Shown piece after piece: positions 12,108 to 26,112 of a stretch of 64,000 nt of DNA. Positions within the stretch are counted from its first letter, which is position 1. Each line of letters starts with the position of its first letter. The notes under the pieces are model-generated. The model saw only the letters and a list, made by a program, of their open reading frames with translations, had not been told where the DNA came from and ran no database searches. Made by a program: the position numbers and the translations under genes. This DNA is from Halocafeteria seosinensis (Eukaryota): the NCBI GenBank assembly GCA_001687465.1, contig LVLI01000085.1:1-64000 (forward strand), in the 5' to 3' direction.

Positions 12108-15100
12108 ATGAATCGCCTCGCCCCGGGAGACCTCATCGAAGATGGTCTTTGGCGTGTCGTTGGGAAATTGGGGGAAGGGACCTACAGTGAGATCTTTGGA
12201 GGCATTAATCGCTACACAGGAGAGCTCGTCGCTCTCAAGACGGAACGACCACCTTCGGGAGCATCTTCTGAAACACCATCAGAAGTATTGTATTGGGAAA
12301 GTGCTTTGTTACAGCGTCTACAGCGCTATCCGTGCGCTCCTCGATTCCTCCGGTACACGAAAAAAGTCCATTCCTCGTCGCTTACGGAGGAATCAGGGGG
12401 TGAAGAACATACTACAGACTCTACAGAGAGGCGCAAAAAGGTGAATGTGCTGGTGATGCAAATGCTGGGGCCCAATATCACCCAAATACGGAAACAGCAG
12501 CCCCAAGGGAAATTCAGATTCAAAACAATCTGCCACATTGGTACGAATTCAGCCACGTTTGGGGGTCTTTTTCTCGATATTTGTGTATTCCTCTTGTTAA
12601 CATACTACAGGACTACAAATGCTGAGCTGCATTGAGGCGGTCCATCGGGAGGGCTTTGTACACCGAGATGTCAAACCGAGCAACTTTGTTATCGGCAAGG
12701 GCAGAGATGGAGCACGTGTGATACGCCTACTGGACTATGGGCTTTGCAAAATGTACTGTGATGAAAATGGAACAATCAGAGCTGGTATGAGTAAAGAAGA
12801 ACTCATGAATCTCGTATTGCGCACCTTGAATAGGCTTCCTATTTCCTCGCAGCTCGAAAGTCGGCAGAGTTTCGAGGGACCAGTATGTATGCGTCTCTCA
12901 ACACACACGCTCATATGGATATGGGACGGCGAGATGACCTTTGGTCGTTGTTTTATGTGCTAGTGGATATGCTACGTGGAGTACCCTGGAGAGTGTTTCA
13001 GGGGAAGCCAGACGGCAGACAGCAGTGCCAAAGGTCCAAAGAGGTATGCCAGAGATTTATGTTGTTTGGGCATTTAGGTATATCATGGCACTTTTTTTGC
13101 ATTTCAGTATTACCGAGATAATCCCGAGGAGCTTTTAGCTAGCGTTCCAGGAAAGAAACAATTTCTCGCCTTCCATAGACATATACTAAGGTGTGTGACG
13201 GATAAAAGTCGACTGTCTATGTGTCAACTTATCGCAACTTGTTTGATTCGGCTTATCTCAGTCTTAAATTTGAAAGCAAGCCAGATTACCAGTTCCTAGC
13301 GAGCTGTCTGTCAAAAGCGTCCCAAGAGGATGTGGAGACCAGAGACCTTTCACCTGTCTCTGACCCGCAAAGGATTAACCTACACCAATTGTATATAGAG
13401 GATTATACTAGTGGAGTGTCTCAAAAGGATGATCCAGACGCGACAATGGTAAATGTAGTGGCTCTTCCGGAACTAGATGCCCTTTCTCCAGTTCCGAAAG
13501 GATATTTCGACCTTGGGCGCTCGCTGGAAATGGAGCATACTGCTGATGGAAGCATGAAATTTACGACTGTATATTACCCGGTTCGATTCTGCTCTGACCA
13601 ACTCCTGCACTCTCGTGGAGGCTCATGGGATAAAGGCGAAGATAACTCTGGTGTTGAAATAGCCTCTATGAACAAGCACTGTGACAGCAACTTAATTTCA
13701 GTTTGCGCCATGGCAATCCTAGACAAGCACCCAGATGTCTTTTATCCGCTTCTCCTGTACACCTCAGGCCAACAGGAATTTCATCATGACCAACGATCAA
13801 AATTGCTCCAGCAAGTGAAAGAGGCGGTTCCACCGTCGATGCCTAAACCGGCTAGTGACAAAGAGGAGGACCATCTGAGCGCCCTGTATCAGGCTGCTCG
13901 ATGGACTGCCTTTTCTCTAGCCTTGGGCTCCACCCCATATGATTTCCCTTCTAGTTTTGCGTCCAGTGCGGTCACCGAAGGACTAAAGAATGAAGAAGAG
14001 CAGGGTGGAACAAAAATTGAAGAGACAACAGAGGAAACTCCTGCTGATGAAGCCAATGAAGTTCCGACAGGGGACACTAAGTCTCTATTAATGGAAAAGC
14101 CGAAGACGCTTGATAGTTTTATTCGATCGGGTCACAAAGTCTACTTTGATGAAGATCCTACGGAGCCAGTCAAGGAAGCTGGACCTTCTTCGGTACTCCT
14201 TCGGCAACATATAGCATTCGTTTACAGTGGCTTAGCGCTTAGTGCCCGCTATAATTCTGAGAAGACTGTCCCTTCGGAGATCTCGCAGCTGTTCCATTCT
14301 ATCGAGACGTTCTTGCGAAATGTGACTAAGACTTTGATTGACGCTGCCGAACCAACCTCCAATATTAGGTCGCAACGTTCGCTGAACTTGCTGCTGCAGG
14401 CCCTTACAGAAGTATCCCAATGGCTTCAAAAGAACGGGTCAAAGCCTCCAACGATGGAATTAACCACGCTGGGAATGGAAGCAGCCCAGGTGACCGATGA
14501 TAGTCCTAAAAGGCCAGAGCAATCGCCTGCTCCTACTCCTAAAGCAGTTACATCGGTAATATATGATCCGCCCTCTCCCAATAAAGTCATTTTGGCGACA
14601 AATGATCCTGAGATGAATATTGAAGAGAGGTGGCAATCGTGTTACACTGAAGAGTGCATCCATCGCTGCCAGCAGCTTCCAAATTTTGCGTCTCGTGTAT
14701 GGACCAACGTGCGAGGGTCTACAGATAAGCCAGAGGTAGATGGACAGCAGGTCTTGAAAGTCTCTGAGCTTGAGAGATTCCGTGGAATTTGTTCGACTGT
14801 ACTTGAGGAATGCAATTCAATTGCAAAATCTAAGGCCGTTTCTCTTTATAACTGGCTATTTTATTACAGTCGTATAGTAACAAGCGAAAAAACCTCAGCT
14901 GAACCTCCAGAGGCCTCCCCGGCGTCTGACCAGGCAGGGACTCATATAGACGAACGTGACACTTCTATATACGACGAAGTAAGCAACGATGCAGCTGATC
15001 CACTACGAAATGGCCGGTCTACGGGTGGAAGCGCGGCCACAAATGGAGCCACAGATTCGCATAGTTTGCAAGGATCGTCTGCTTCGGTTTCTCAACCGTC

Positions 15101-15584
15101 TTCTAGTGGTGGAGCTACTAACGCATCATCCAGTTTACACAGTATGCCAACCACTGCGGCCACTGCTGACCAAAAGTTTTTTTTCAGAAGACGCGGCTAT
15201 CAACCTTCGTCATCAACACCGCAGGACCAGGCACACGACCACTGGAAACCGGATGTCAACTATTTTCCAGATGATTATGATGGGTCACCTAATGGTAGTA
15301 GTAACCGAGATACCTATGATCGGCGCCCTTCTCGATCCAGGTCGCCAAGGTCGAGATCAAGATCCCGGTCAAGGTCACGGTCTCACTCCAGGTCACGGTC
15401 TCACTCCAGGTCCAACAGTGCGCGTCAGGGCTCACATTCCAGTTCGTCTTTGCTTGAAGTGCCGGGAGGAGCACTGAGTGGATATACACCGCCACCTGGA
15501 TGGAAAGTCCGTTCTCGAACCATTGTGTCATCGATGAGTAATCCGCAGTCCCCGGATAGCAGGAAGAAGTCGCGGCGATTTTAA
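12108..15584 (+). CDS. Tau-tubulin kinase / casein kinase 1 family Ser/Thr kinase with long C-terminal tail and RS repeat
   Basis: LGEGTYSEI, VALKTE, FVHRDVKPSNFVIG, LLDYGL, YASLNTH...GRRDDLWSLFY; introns e.g. 12541-12610 and ~13190-13261. Confidence 0.9.
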
Positions 15585-17619
15585 CCACTAGCACTAGCGT
15601 AGGCAGTGGACTAGTGAGACACGCCGTTGAAACCTCAATACTACGCATGCATGGGCACCCGATGGGAACACGGATCACATCAACACGTACCTCAATAGAC
15701 GAACCACAATGCTACACACAGCAGGTATTTATACATATGCTACTTAGGCGTGCTGAAAGCAAGAAACTACCCTTGCCTTTGATCGCACTTTTGCATCGCT
15801 TGTGAGTTTGCTTTCTCAAGGAAACCACTATACGGTGTACAAGGCACGCTCACTCGGGACACTGGAGGACAGGATTGCTACTGTCATGACACCGGTCAAA
15901 ACGCATGGGACTGCGGCGAGGGGCAAACTCCGCCCCAAAATGCAACACTGAAGCCAAATGGAAGACAGTACGCAGCTGGTTGCAATGAAAGCAACGGAAG
16001 GGAAGAGTCGTTCCTTTTCCGTATTGTTAATACTATGGAGCTGGCTGGCGATGCACAATTATGACCTCACGAAATGCAGATGCGGGAGTTTCAACACGAA
16101 CTGGTACAACAACAGTGTTTGAGGCTGCTTTCCGTTCTCGTTTCAAACGTTCACCAGACGGGTCTAAAATGTTGGCGCAAGTTTGCAGCGCTCTAGAATC
16201 GAACTTTTACAGAGAAGCAGTCGGCATAAACCTGGAGAAAGATACTGGAAGAAACTTGATGCGGCTTACGAAGCCTTACCACGGGGTACGTAAATCGAAC
16301 ATCTACGTCGTTCCATTAAACTCTGCAACTCAGAGCATTCACCGGCCTTCATAAAGCACTCTCAAACTGAATTTTAGTGAGTGTCCCATGGTAATCGCTG
16401 GTGGTACAGTATCAGAAACCAAAATCGCCCCATCTTTCTGGCCTTCGTGGGTAACAATGGTGATTACACCTTTGGAACCGTGGATGCTTGGTTTTTCCTC
16501 TCCGGTTTACGTATCTACTCGACGGAAACTGTACACTTGCGTAATCTGCAAGTCCTGATAACAGCTGTTAATAACTGCCCAGTAAACGTCGACCTGACTA
16601 AGAGTCGATAGTTCCGCTGTCGATACAAACCTTTTTCCAGTCAACCGATGGAGCTAACGATACATAGCATTTGTGTGAACTACAATTCCAAAAGTACAAA
16701 CGGTCAATTGCGTCGGCAGGTTCTTTTTGGACCGGGATGTCCGGCCTGCAACCGAGGTATTACAGTTAATACTCATAAAGAATATACAAGATGGTTGTTA
16801 ACATTATGTACTCTATTATAGAAGCTTTCCAATTTTATGCAGTTCAGTTACTCGTGGGTACTAGAGTGTTGGACACAGTGTCACAGTCAGAGTCGCTCCA
16901 CAGTGACACCATACCCAGTGTAGCGTTCATTTATACCGTGGGGATCTCCGGGACATGTGTATATATACATATTTGTATGCCAATATGTTCTTCTGTAGAG
17001 CTGAAGCTTGTTCATGTCCACGCTCATTCAACACCCGCCGGCGGAAGACGCATGGCGGCAAGCGAGGACTTTGAGGCAGTTGGCTTGTTTGACATCAATA
17101 GTATCACGATGAGTCATCGTCGATGACCAATGCCCGGAAAGGATGCGGACAGCAAATGTTCAGTCTACAGGATGTCTACGAGCACCTCCGATTTGGGCAC
17201 AACCATGTACTGGACAACCAGATAATATTACTGATAGCCAAACTGTTATCAATCACTGATAATTGTTTTTCCCAATTGGTGGGATAGCAATTGACGTCTT
17301 TGAACGTAATGGCGTCCCTGTGAAAACGGAATAGAAGTATTGTATGAGCTCAAACGAGTATTTCGTTTATACCATCGACCCAGGAGATCTCAAAGTATCT
17401 AGCACTATGTGTATTCTTCCAGATGTGCATCCTCCACTATGAGAACAGTACAGTAGGCTAGGCACAATTCAATGTGACAAATTGTTGGTGCAATTCTTGA
17501 ATCGTTACCCTGGTACTGCTATAACAATTATGACTTCTTGAATTACTAGTTTTGGTGGAAGTACAAATAATCATGAATGATGAGGTGGCGATGATGACGT
17601 GGTGTTCGATGGAATGTGT

Positions 17620-17758
17620 GTATGACGTGGTGGACCATCTGGTCCAGATGATCTGGAGACTCTGGACCATCTGGAGATTCTGGACCATGGTGATTGTACG
17701 ATGGTATGTGTGGTATGACGTGGTGGACCATCTGGACCATCTGGACCATGGTCCATGG
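17620..17758. repeat. 9-bp-period minisatellite (TGGACCATC/TGGAGAYTC) with embedded palindromes
   Basis: Units at 17631, 17654, 17663, 17672, 17681, 17724, 17733, 17742; tatgacgtggtggaccatctgg occurs twice; perfect palindrome TGGACCATGGTCCA at 17742-17755. Confidence 0.8.
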
Positions 17759-18185
17759 TGGTATAGCTATTAGCATTCCTTTGTAGTTTAAATTTCTCCC
17801 TAAGGCGCAATACTAATGCATATGCAGCCCCCACACCTTCCTGGCTTTCTCCTAGTTTCTGAAATGCGTGTGCATTCCGAGTTTCAACAACTTGTCTCCA
17901 AGAAAAACGTCGCGGGCAAATTGTCGGGTTGATGTGAATGTCCGCCGGTATGAACTTCACACATGCAGACATTTGGCCGATTCCATGCGTATTGTTGATT
18001 CCCGGTTTTTCTCTCTCGTGTGCATCCATATATGCACATATTGTGTGCGCTTGTGCTTTTGGCTCATTTCATGTCTAAGGGGACTCTATAGAGACTAGAA
18101 AGAAGCGGAAAATTAGACGGGCTGTGACGTGGAGATCAGAAAATCAGAAAACCAGAAAACGGGGATAAGTATTGACTGTATTACG

Positions 18186-21100
18186 ATGAAATTGCAGGTG
18201 CAGGTCGTTCAATACTTGTCCAAACGCTTTGGCGACTATGGGCTCTGGTTGATGCGCAATCAGACATTGGTGGTCATAGTCGTGTCACTCAGCTTCGTGG
18301 TATTCACACTCGGAACGACACTCATTACGTTCGAAGATGATGCCGCCTATCTCTTTGTGCCACATAGTACCCAAGCTAGTGAAGAAAGGGAAAAATTTCG
18401 AAATCTTTTCGGGTTCAACGGCAGCAGCCGCGCTGACATAATTTTTCTGGGAAGTGGGTCCGACCGCAACCTGTGGCGGAAAGAACGCCTACGCCCGATC
18501 CTGGAATTGCATCATTCCGTCATGGAAAACCAAAATGAGTTCGGAAAGAAATTGGAAGAGATTTGCGAGGAAGATGCCCCGGGAAGGTGTCGAATCCAAT
18601 CGATACTAGGCTGCATTGGGTTCGAAATTCCTGAAGGGAACGCCCCGTTGCCGGAAGTGGAATACCCGAGATGCATATCCCCATACAATCAGACTATCAA
18701 GCTCCCCGTGACCGTCAGTGAAGTGGTAATTTCGGAAACTGGGATTGTTGAACAAGTAGAAGTGTTGAGGATAACTTACTTCCCCCTCTCTCGGACAGAC
18801 GATCAGATTAAGCAGGCCGAAAGCTGGGAAGTTAAGGCTTTCTTGGAGTATCTCGACAATGAGGCTAAGGTCTTCAACAAGCAGAACAAAGGAGAGATTC
18901 AAGTGGTGTATAATTCCCGTCTAGGACTGGATCGTTCACTAAACGATGGACAAACAGAAGACCTCAGACTTGTTGGCTTTTCTTTCGTCTTCGTTGCGGG
19001 ATTCGCCATTCTAGCGAGTTCCAATTTAGGGTCGGGCGATGCACAGCATAGGGTAAGTATCGTTTTACGAAAACCCCTAGCTAGTCCCTCATATCGTGAC
19101 TTTCAAACTGCGTGTGTACGTTGCAGATTTTACCTGCTCAAGCTTCTATAATTTTGTCTCTCAGCGCTGTAGGCCCTGCCTTTGGTACCATGAGCTATTT
19201 CGGAGTACCATTTATTGCGCTGAACGGCGTCATCCTATTCTTGACGATAGGGATCGGAATAGACGATATGTTTATTCTGGTAGCATCTGTAAGTAATACG
19301 ATTCATGTTTCTTGTTTCTAGAGGATTACTGACTGATCACTTGAGACTGCAGTTTAACAGACAACCGCTCCACTTATCGCCTGCGGAACGTATCGGGAAA
19401 ACAATGGAAGAGAGTGGAGTAACGATAACGATAACGACTGTAACAGATATATTAGCCTTCATCATTGGTATTGCAAGTCCTTTCCGAGCAAGTAAGTACA
19501 GACTGTAGGGTGCGATACGAAGGGGTGATGAAATCACAAATACGTCCTGAGTCCAGTCCAAATTTTCTGTGCTTACGCTGCCTTATCCCTGTTTTGGGTT
19601 TACGTCCTGCAAATATCTGTTGTAAGTTTGCGTATTTTGGAATGTGTCACTATTACCCACTGAGTTAACCTCGAGCTTGCGGTCCCCAAATACAGTTCCT
19701 TATCGTGCTTGCCTATGACGCTGAAAGGGATAGGACTGATGGGCGTCTGATGGCGTCATTGAAGCAAGTGCTTGCAAAGCTCCGGAGAAAACTCGATGAC
19801 GCTGCTACGCAACGGGGCACGTCCAAAGAATCAGCTGCTGAGAAAGGCCATAAGAGTCAAACATCTGACCCACCAGAAAGTGTCGGAGAGTCCAACGGAG
19901 CAACTGATGACGCCGGCTGTCGCGTGGTTACTGAACCTTCCTCCACCGGGAGTACAAAGGCTTCGGTTACTCCCACTGAAACTTCCCGTATTCCCACCGC
20001 TACTCACCCCGAGCGAGTCCGAAGGCACTTTCTGCGCATTTTGTTTATGTTACCGCCTCACGACTACGTTTGGAAAACGCAGGATCTATGGATAGCTTCA
20101 ACAAGCAAGTGGATATTCACTCGCAAGTTGTTTTATGCCCTGTTTTTTATCATGTATGCACTTTACATCGGGTTTAGCATTTATGGGATTTTAAACTTGG
20201 ATGAGGGGTTACGGGTATCACAACTAGCAGCCGACTCTAGCCATGTTACGAAGTTTGATCCAGTGGACATCAAGTATTTCAGAGAAAGGAACGGGATACC
20301 AGTTCATGTTGCCGTGCATCAACCGGTGGAGTATAACTTGAAAAAGACAAGAGAAGAATTTCAGCGACTCGCTGTCCATATGCGAACTCAAGCGGAGATG
20401 TTGATATGTACGGACCCCACATGGGTAGAAGCATTTGAGGACTCTGTGGCGTCGTATAACGAAAATAAGGATGAATCCAATAAAATCGCGGATGACATGA
20501 CGGAAAGCGAATTCCGAATGATATTGCACCAGATGCTGACAGAGTCTCCCTATGGTGTCGATCTACGGTCTAAGCTGTCGCTTCAAAGACCCAGCAGAAC
20601 TTTATATGAAGCTGGAGATATAGTCAATCCCGTTTCGGACCTCGCCGATGGCGAGGACGTTCGCATCGTCGCCTCCTTCGCAACGCTTCGATCGAAACCA
20701 TTAGCTGCTGACACGGAGAAAGAAGTGAAGGCAATGCGGGAATCAAGGGATGCAGCCTCTTCCTTTGACACTGAAGTGTTTGATGGTAACTCTATTTTTG
20801 TTCACTCCGAATCGTTCTTCTTCGCTGAGCAATTCGCGGCGATTGTACCGGCCACCATTCTCCTGCTAAGTACGGCGGCAATTGCAATGCTTGGGGTAGC
20901 TCTGGTTTTACTGCCAAGCATTACAGCCGCTTTGGTAGTCGTATTTGGGCTGCTCTCCATTTTTGCCGGGGTTGTCGGTTTCATGCACCATTGGGGTTTG
21001 ACACTTAACACGGTGACAATGGTTAACCTATTGATTGCAATTGGCTTCAGCATAGACTTTACCGCTCACACATGTCACTCGTTTTTGCATTCTCCAGGAT

Positions 21101-21645
21101 ATCGTAGGGTCTTGGGATCTCACCTAGATGGCTTATTCTCAGAAGGACGAGCAAAGCCGGAAACGCGAAGCTTAAATGAAGAGAAGAGCAATAGTCAGGA
21201 AAATTCTGAACCTTCCAAGGAATGCCAGGCAGAGGTGAAAACGCTACTAATTTCCGAGAGACCGACAACCGAATACTCAATATATAGTGGTATTGAGGGT
21301 TGTATCGGGGGCATCTCGCGAAAGTTGCGTGCAGCTCAAACGTTGACAAACGTTGGAAGGCCAATTTTCAACGGAGGCATAAGTACGATTCTAGGAACAC
21401 TACTGCTCGCAGCCGGATCGACCTTCATATTTCGTTCCTTCTTCCGCGTATTGTTTTTGGTGCTTGTGCTCGGGTTAATTCATGGAATTGTTGTCATTCC
21501 CGTGATACTGAGTTTGGTAGGCCCTCAATCCATCTTCCCCCGAGATCCTCATGAGGATAGTCAGCCTGAGAAGGAGCCCGCAAAGGGACAAGATGAGATG
21601 AATTATATTGAGCAAGATGGCGACGTTAGTGATCCGCTTTCCTAA
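18186..21645 (+). CDS. Patched-related / NPC1-like RND transporter with sterol-sensing domain (copy 1)
   Basis: GIGIDDMFIL, GVTITITTVTD, GFSIDFTAH, NGGISTILG, LGLIHGIVVIPVILS; four introns (~19053-19126, ~19289-19352, ~19492-19556, ~19622-19695). Confidence 0.92.
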
Positions 21646-22131
21646 TGAAAGATGGACAAATACTGGTTACTTCTCGTGAACATCGGGAAATACTTCGTCT
21701 GCGCCGTTCCAGAGATGCAATGGTTACTTGTAAGGTCGGATGCGGCTGTGGACGTTGGACAGGACTAGACCTTGCAAGCTCCGAGTACCCTTTTCCGTCG
21801 GCACTACACGTGTACTAGCTGCAACACCAACTTAGTTTTTGATATGAGATTGCACATATATGGCGAAGCTTCGAACTTCCACTGCCTGACACTGACAGGC
21901 TGTCAGCTCCGCATCCCTGAGGGTTTTGTGAATGTCCCGCTGCGCTCTTTTATTCGGGCGGTAGTTTGATTCCACCGCGGGTGTTGATACCTCGAATAAA
22001 CATAGACTTATTCTCTCTCTGATGTAGTATCCATCTGTTGCTTCTTGTTACTGTTGTTGGCAGTGGCTTGACTCACCAAGCGTAGAAAGACGCTGACTCA
22101 TCCTGTGAGAAGTCACTCAGGGGGGAAGATC

Positions 22132-25100
22132 ATGAAAGCACAAACACGATTGGTTGACTATTTATCCACTCAGTTCGGTAGATACGGTCGTTGGGTTGTC
22201 CGCCACTCCCGCCTCGTGTCGGCCGTCGTGGGAGCTCTGTTTGTAATCTTTACACTGGGATTAGTTCTGGTGGAAGGAGAAGATGACAGCGAGTACCTGT
22301 TCGCTCCCCGTGATTCGGAGGCATTGGACGACCGGAGTCGATTTCGAGATCTTTTCGGATACAACGGATCCAGCTACGCAGAGGTAATTTTTGTTGGAGA
22401 CGGAAACGACAAGAACTTATGGGAACCGACCAAGATGGAGGAAATGATTAAACTTCATCGTCGGATTCTGCAACTGGAAACTGGCGACGGCAAGAAGTAT
22501 GAGCAGTTGTGCGAGGAGGATTTTGCAGGTCAATGCAATGTTGATTCCATTCTCCGCTGCACAAACTTTTCGCTCAACGATGATGGAACTATCCCGGATA
22601 TCCAATACCCGATATGCACTAGCCCCGAAAACAACACGCTCAACGTTGCACCTGTCACTAGCACTGTCGAGCTGAATCAATTTAACGAAGTGACATACGT
22701 AGAAGCCCTAAAGATCGAGTACCACTTACTCGCCTCCACAAATAGCGAACGTACTGAGGCAAGGAAGTGGGAAAAAAGAGCATTTCTGGACTATATGGAG
22801 CGTGAAGCGGCCTCTTTCAATCGGCGAAATGATGGGAAACTGCGTGTCGTATACGACACAGACATTGCACTGGATGTCGCCCTGCAGGATGGTCAAACCG
22901 CGGACACCCCTCTCGTCGTTATCTCCTTTGTACTCATCAGCATCTTTGCTCAGTTGGCGAATGGTAAATGGGGAAAAGGAGAAGCCGCAAACAGAGTAAG
23001 TATGGAATGTACTTAAATTCCTCCCCTCAGTTGCTCATTCTGTTTGTAATTGGATTATTTGCTGCAGACACTTCCAGCTCAAATTGCTGTCTTTTTTGCT
23101 TTAATATGTGTCGGCCCAGCTTGGGGAATAATGAGCTACGGTGGAGTGCCCTTCATCGCTATGAACGGAGTTATACCTTTTCTCACCGTTGGCATTGGAG
23201 TCGATGATATGTTTATCCTGGTGGCCTCAGTAAGCTGGATTTCTGTCGGGTAAAGGATAGGAATTGTCTACACCTGTCGGCCTGTTTGATTTTGCAGTTT
23301 AATCGCCAGTCCTCAAAGCTGTCAACTGAGGATCGTATTGGGAAAACCATGGAAGATAGTGGGGTTGCTATCACAATTACGACACTAACTGACATGCTTG
23401 CTTTTGTTTTAGGAATTGCAAGCCCTTTCCGTGCTAGTAAGTGTGGTAACTTCTACACCTAGATTATGGCTGCTTTTTGAGACGGTTATCTCATGGTGCA
23501 GTTCAAATTTTCTGCGGGTATACCGCTCTTTCCATTTTGTGGGATTACATTTTGCAAATCAGTATTGTAGGTTGTATTGCTGATTAAGTATCATCTGCGA
23601 AAACTGCGTTGCATCTCTCTTCTTGCAGTTCTTAATCGTGCTGGCGTACGATGCCGACCGGAACAGGAATACTGACCCCTGCAAATGTACCCGCAGCGGA
23701 GCCGGTCACGGCGCTGATGAAGGTCGAGGTACTAGCGCGAAAGCGTCTGCCCAGCAGACGGCCGAGACGAAAAGGAGCACATTCGCAAAGTTAAAAGATG
23801 CAGTCGTCGACGTTTTCTTCTCGATTCCTCCTCAAGATTACGTTGGAAGATACCAAGACAAGTTGATTGGTCTAAAGTCACATAATTCGTTTCAACGGAA
23901 CTGGTTCTACTTCCTTGTGCTAGCGGGGTACATACTATACGTTTGTTTCAGCGTACTGGGCGTGGTCAACTTGGAACAAGGACTTAGGTTGGCGCAACTT
24001 GCTCCGGATGGTAGTCATATCGGAGATCACGAGGAAGTGGCTATCCAGTACTTTCGGAGCGAAAAGGGTTTGCCCTTGAACATCGTTGTGGTTGGCAATG
24101 TTGACTACAGATTAAAGTCCCAGAGAGATGAATTCCTTCGGCTGAAATCCCACATGGTAGACAGCTCAGATTTAATATCATCCACTGATGAAACATGGGT
24201 GGACAGCTTCGAAGAAACCCTTGCGGAATACAATCAGCAAGGGAATATCCCCGAAGATATGACGGACGAAGAATTCCAGTTCATTCTCGGAAAGATGTTA
24301 GAAGGATCCGACCGCGGTCGCAGCTTCCGGTCTGACTTGTCGCTTGTTGATTCGGAGGGGAACGTGTACCCTCAGAATTCCTTCGGACGCCTGGTGCAAA
24401 ATTTGAAGCAAAATGTCAGTGTACATATGCAAGCATCAAAAATGACGATACGATCAGTGCCACTTAATGCTGATACAACAAAGCAAGCTGACCTGATGCA
24501 GCAGTCGCGGAAGAGCGTATCTTCCTTTTCTAAAGAACGGCTTGGAAACGCTGACGTATTCGTATTTGCAGAGCCATTTGTGTTTTTCGAGCAGTTTGCC
24601 ATTATTGTTTCCGCTACGACGATGGTCCTTGGAACAGCACTCGTCGCCATGCTAGCGGTAGCACTCGTACTGCTACCGAGCTTCATTGCAACTCTAATCG
24701 TGGTGCTGGCACTAGCCTCTATTTTTGTTGGAGTGGTGGGTTTCATGCATCATTGGGGGCTTTCGTTGAACAGTATTACCATGGTAAATATGCTTATGGC
24801 AATTGGATTTAGTATAGATTTCACCGCTCATATGTGTCATGCGTTTCTTCATGCTAGTGGCTATGCGCGTTGTCTGGGGGAGAAGAATCTGGTTAACCGC
24901 ATCATCCACCATACTTCAGGAGATACGTATGAGGCGTCACCGCCCGAAGTTGAAAGAGACACAGAAACCCAAGCCCAAGGGAATTCCCGAAATGTCGCGA
25001 CTGCTGATATCTCGGGAATAGCCGTTCAGCAAGCTGGTGAAGAGGTCCTCGGAATAGAAGTACCATATCTCAAGGCAGTTCCCGCTATTTACGATGGTGC

Positions 25101-25431
25101 TGAGGGACTAGTTGGAGGAGTTTCCAGAAAGCTTAGAGGTGCGCAATCTTTGACAAACATGGGGAGACCACTACTCAACGGAGGTCTCAGCACTCTGCTA
25201 GGAGTGCTCGCTCTGGCAGGCGGCTCCACATTTATCTTTCGAGCGTTTTTCCGAATTCTTCTCTTTGTTCTTCTCTTTGGGATGCTTCATGGGGTGTTGC
25301 TGATACCCACTTTGCTGTCTGTTATTGGTCCGGGCACTATCCATACCCAAACGAGGAAAAATGGTAGCAGTTCTCGGGACGATTATCCCCACGAGAGCGA
25401 TCGAACAGACACGAGGGAAAAGCAAACGTAG
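22132..25431 (+). CDS. Patched-related / NPC1-like RND transporter with sterol-sensing domain (copy 2, tandem paralog)
   Basis: GIGVDDMFIL, GFSIDFTAH, NGGLSTLLG; four introns at equivalent positions (~22996-23066, ~23230-23297, ~23437-23501, ~23567-23628). Confidence 0.92.
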
Positions 25432-25702
25432 AGCAACCTCAAAAAGAGGCCACACCGTGACTCAGCGGATTCGAAGTTCAATTACTTGTATTTCGAAACA
25501 GACTTCGTACTGAATTTCGTCGTCTCGGGGAATCCGCAAATACCTTGCCCTAGAATCGCTCCGTTAGGATCAATACTGTACTTGTACACTACCAGCATAC
25601 CATAGTAAACGCGATATGAGTGCCAACGCAGCAGACGTATAGAATAGAATAGATTACTCACACAGAGCTTATTCAAACTGTTAGTTGTTAGTATGCATCA
25701 TG

Positions 25703-26112
25703 CCATCTGCGCCAACGAAGCCCGAGTTCCAAGCGATCGCCATTTCTTGTGCTTCCCAATCCGAAACCAACTGCATCGTATTCTACTATCTATGTTGATA
25801 ATTCGCAATTCAAGTTAACGGACTTGGTAGCATCTTCTACCAGCAGAGCAGAAGCAACAACACCAGGAACGGAGAGACTGACGAGGCAAACGCAGAAGAA
25901 CAAGGCCCGGTGGCGAATAGCGGGCCCATTGTGCGGAGCGAGGCCCAAGACGCTCTGAAAGGATGAAGAACCTCATACTCACAAAGAGTCCGAGTGTTGG
26001 TGAGCGCAGGGGTAGGCAATGCAGGAGGACCCTGGGGAGATCCCTCAGAAACATTTTCACTTAGCTGGTAGGCCATACATATGTAAATAATACTCTACGA
26101 GCTGACTACAGT
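25703..26112 (+). mobile_element. Degenerate 3' fragment of a putative non-LTR retroelement (same family as 44424-44519)
   Basis: 26011-26080 matches the reverse complement of 44437-44519; ends in a ...ACTACA tail; TGCATCATG on both sides (25694-25702, 26113-26121) is a candidate TSD. Confidence 0.5.

Noticed and set aside
15780..16620. Possible gene from short plus-strand ORFs
   Set aside because: No recognisable domain and no consistent exon chain could be built.
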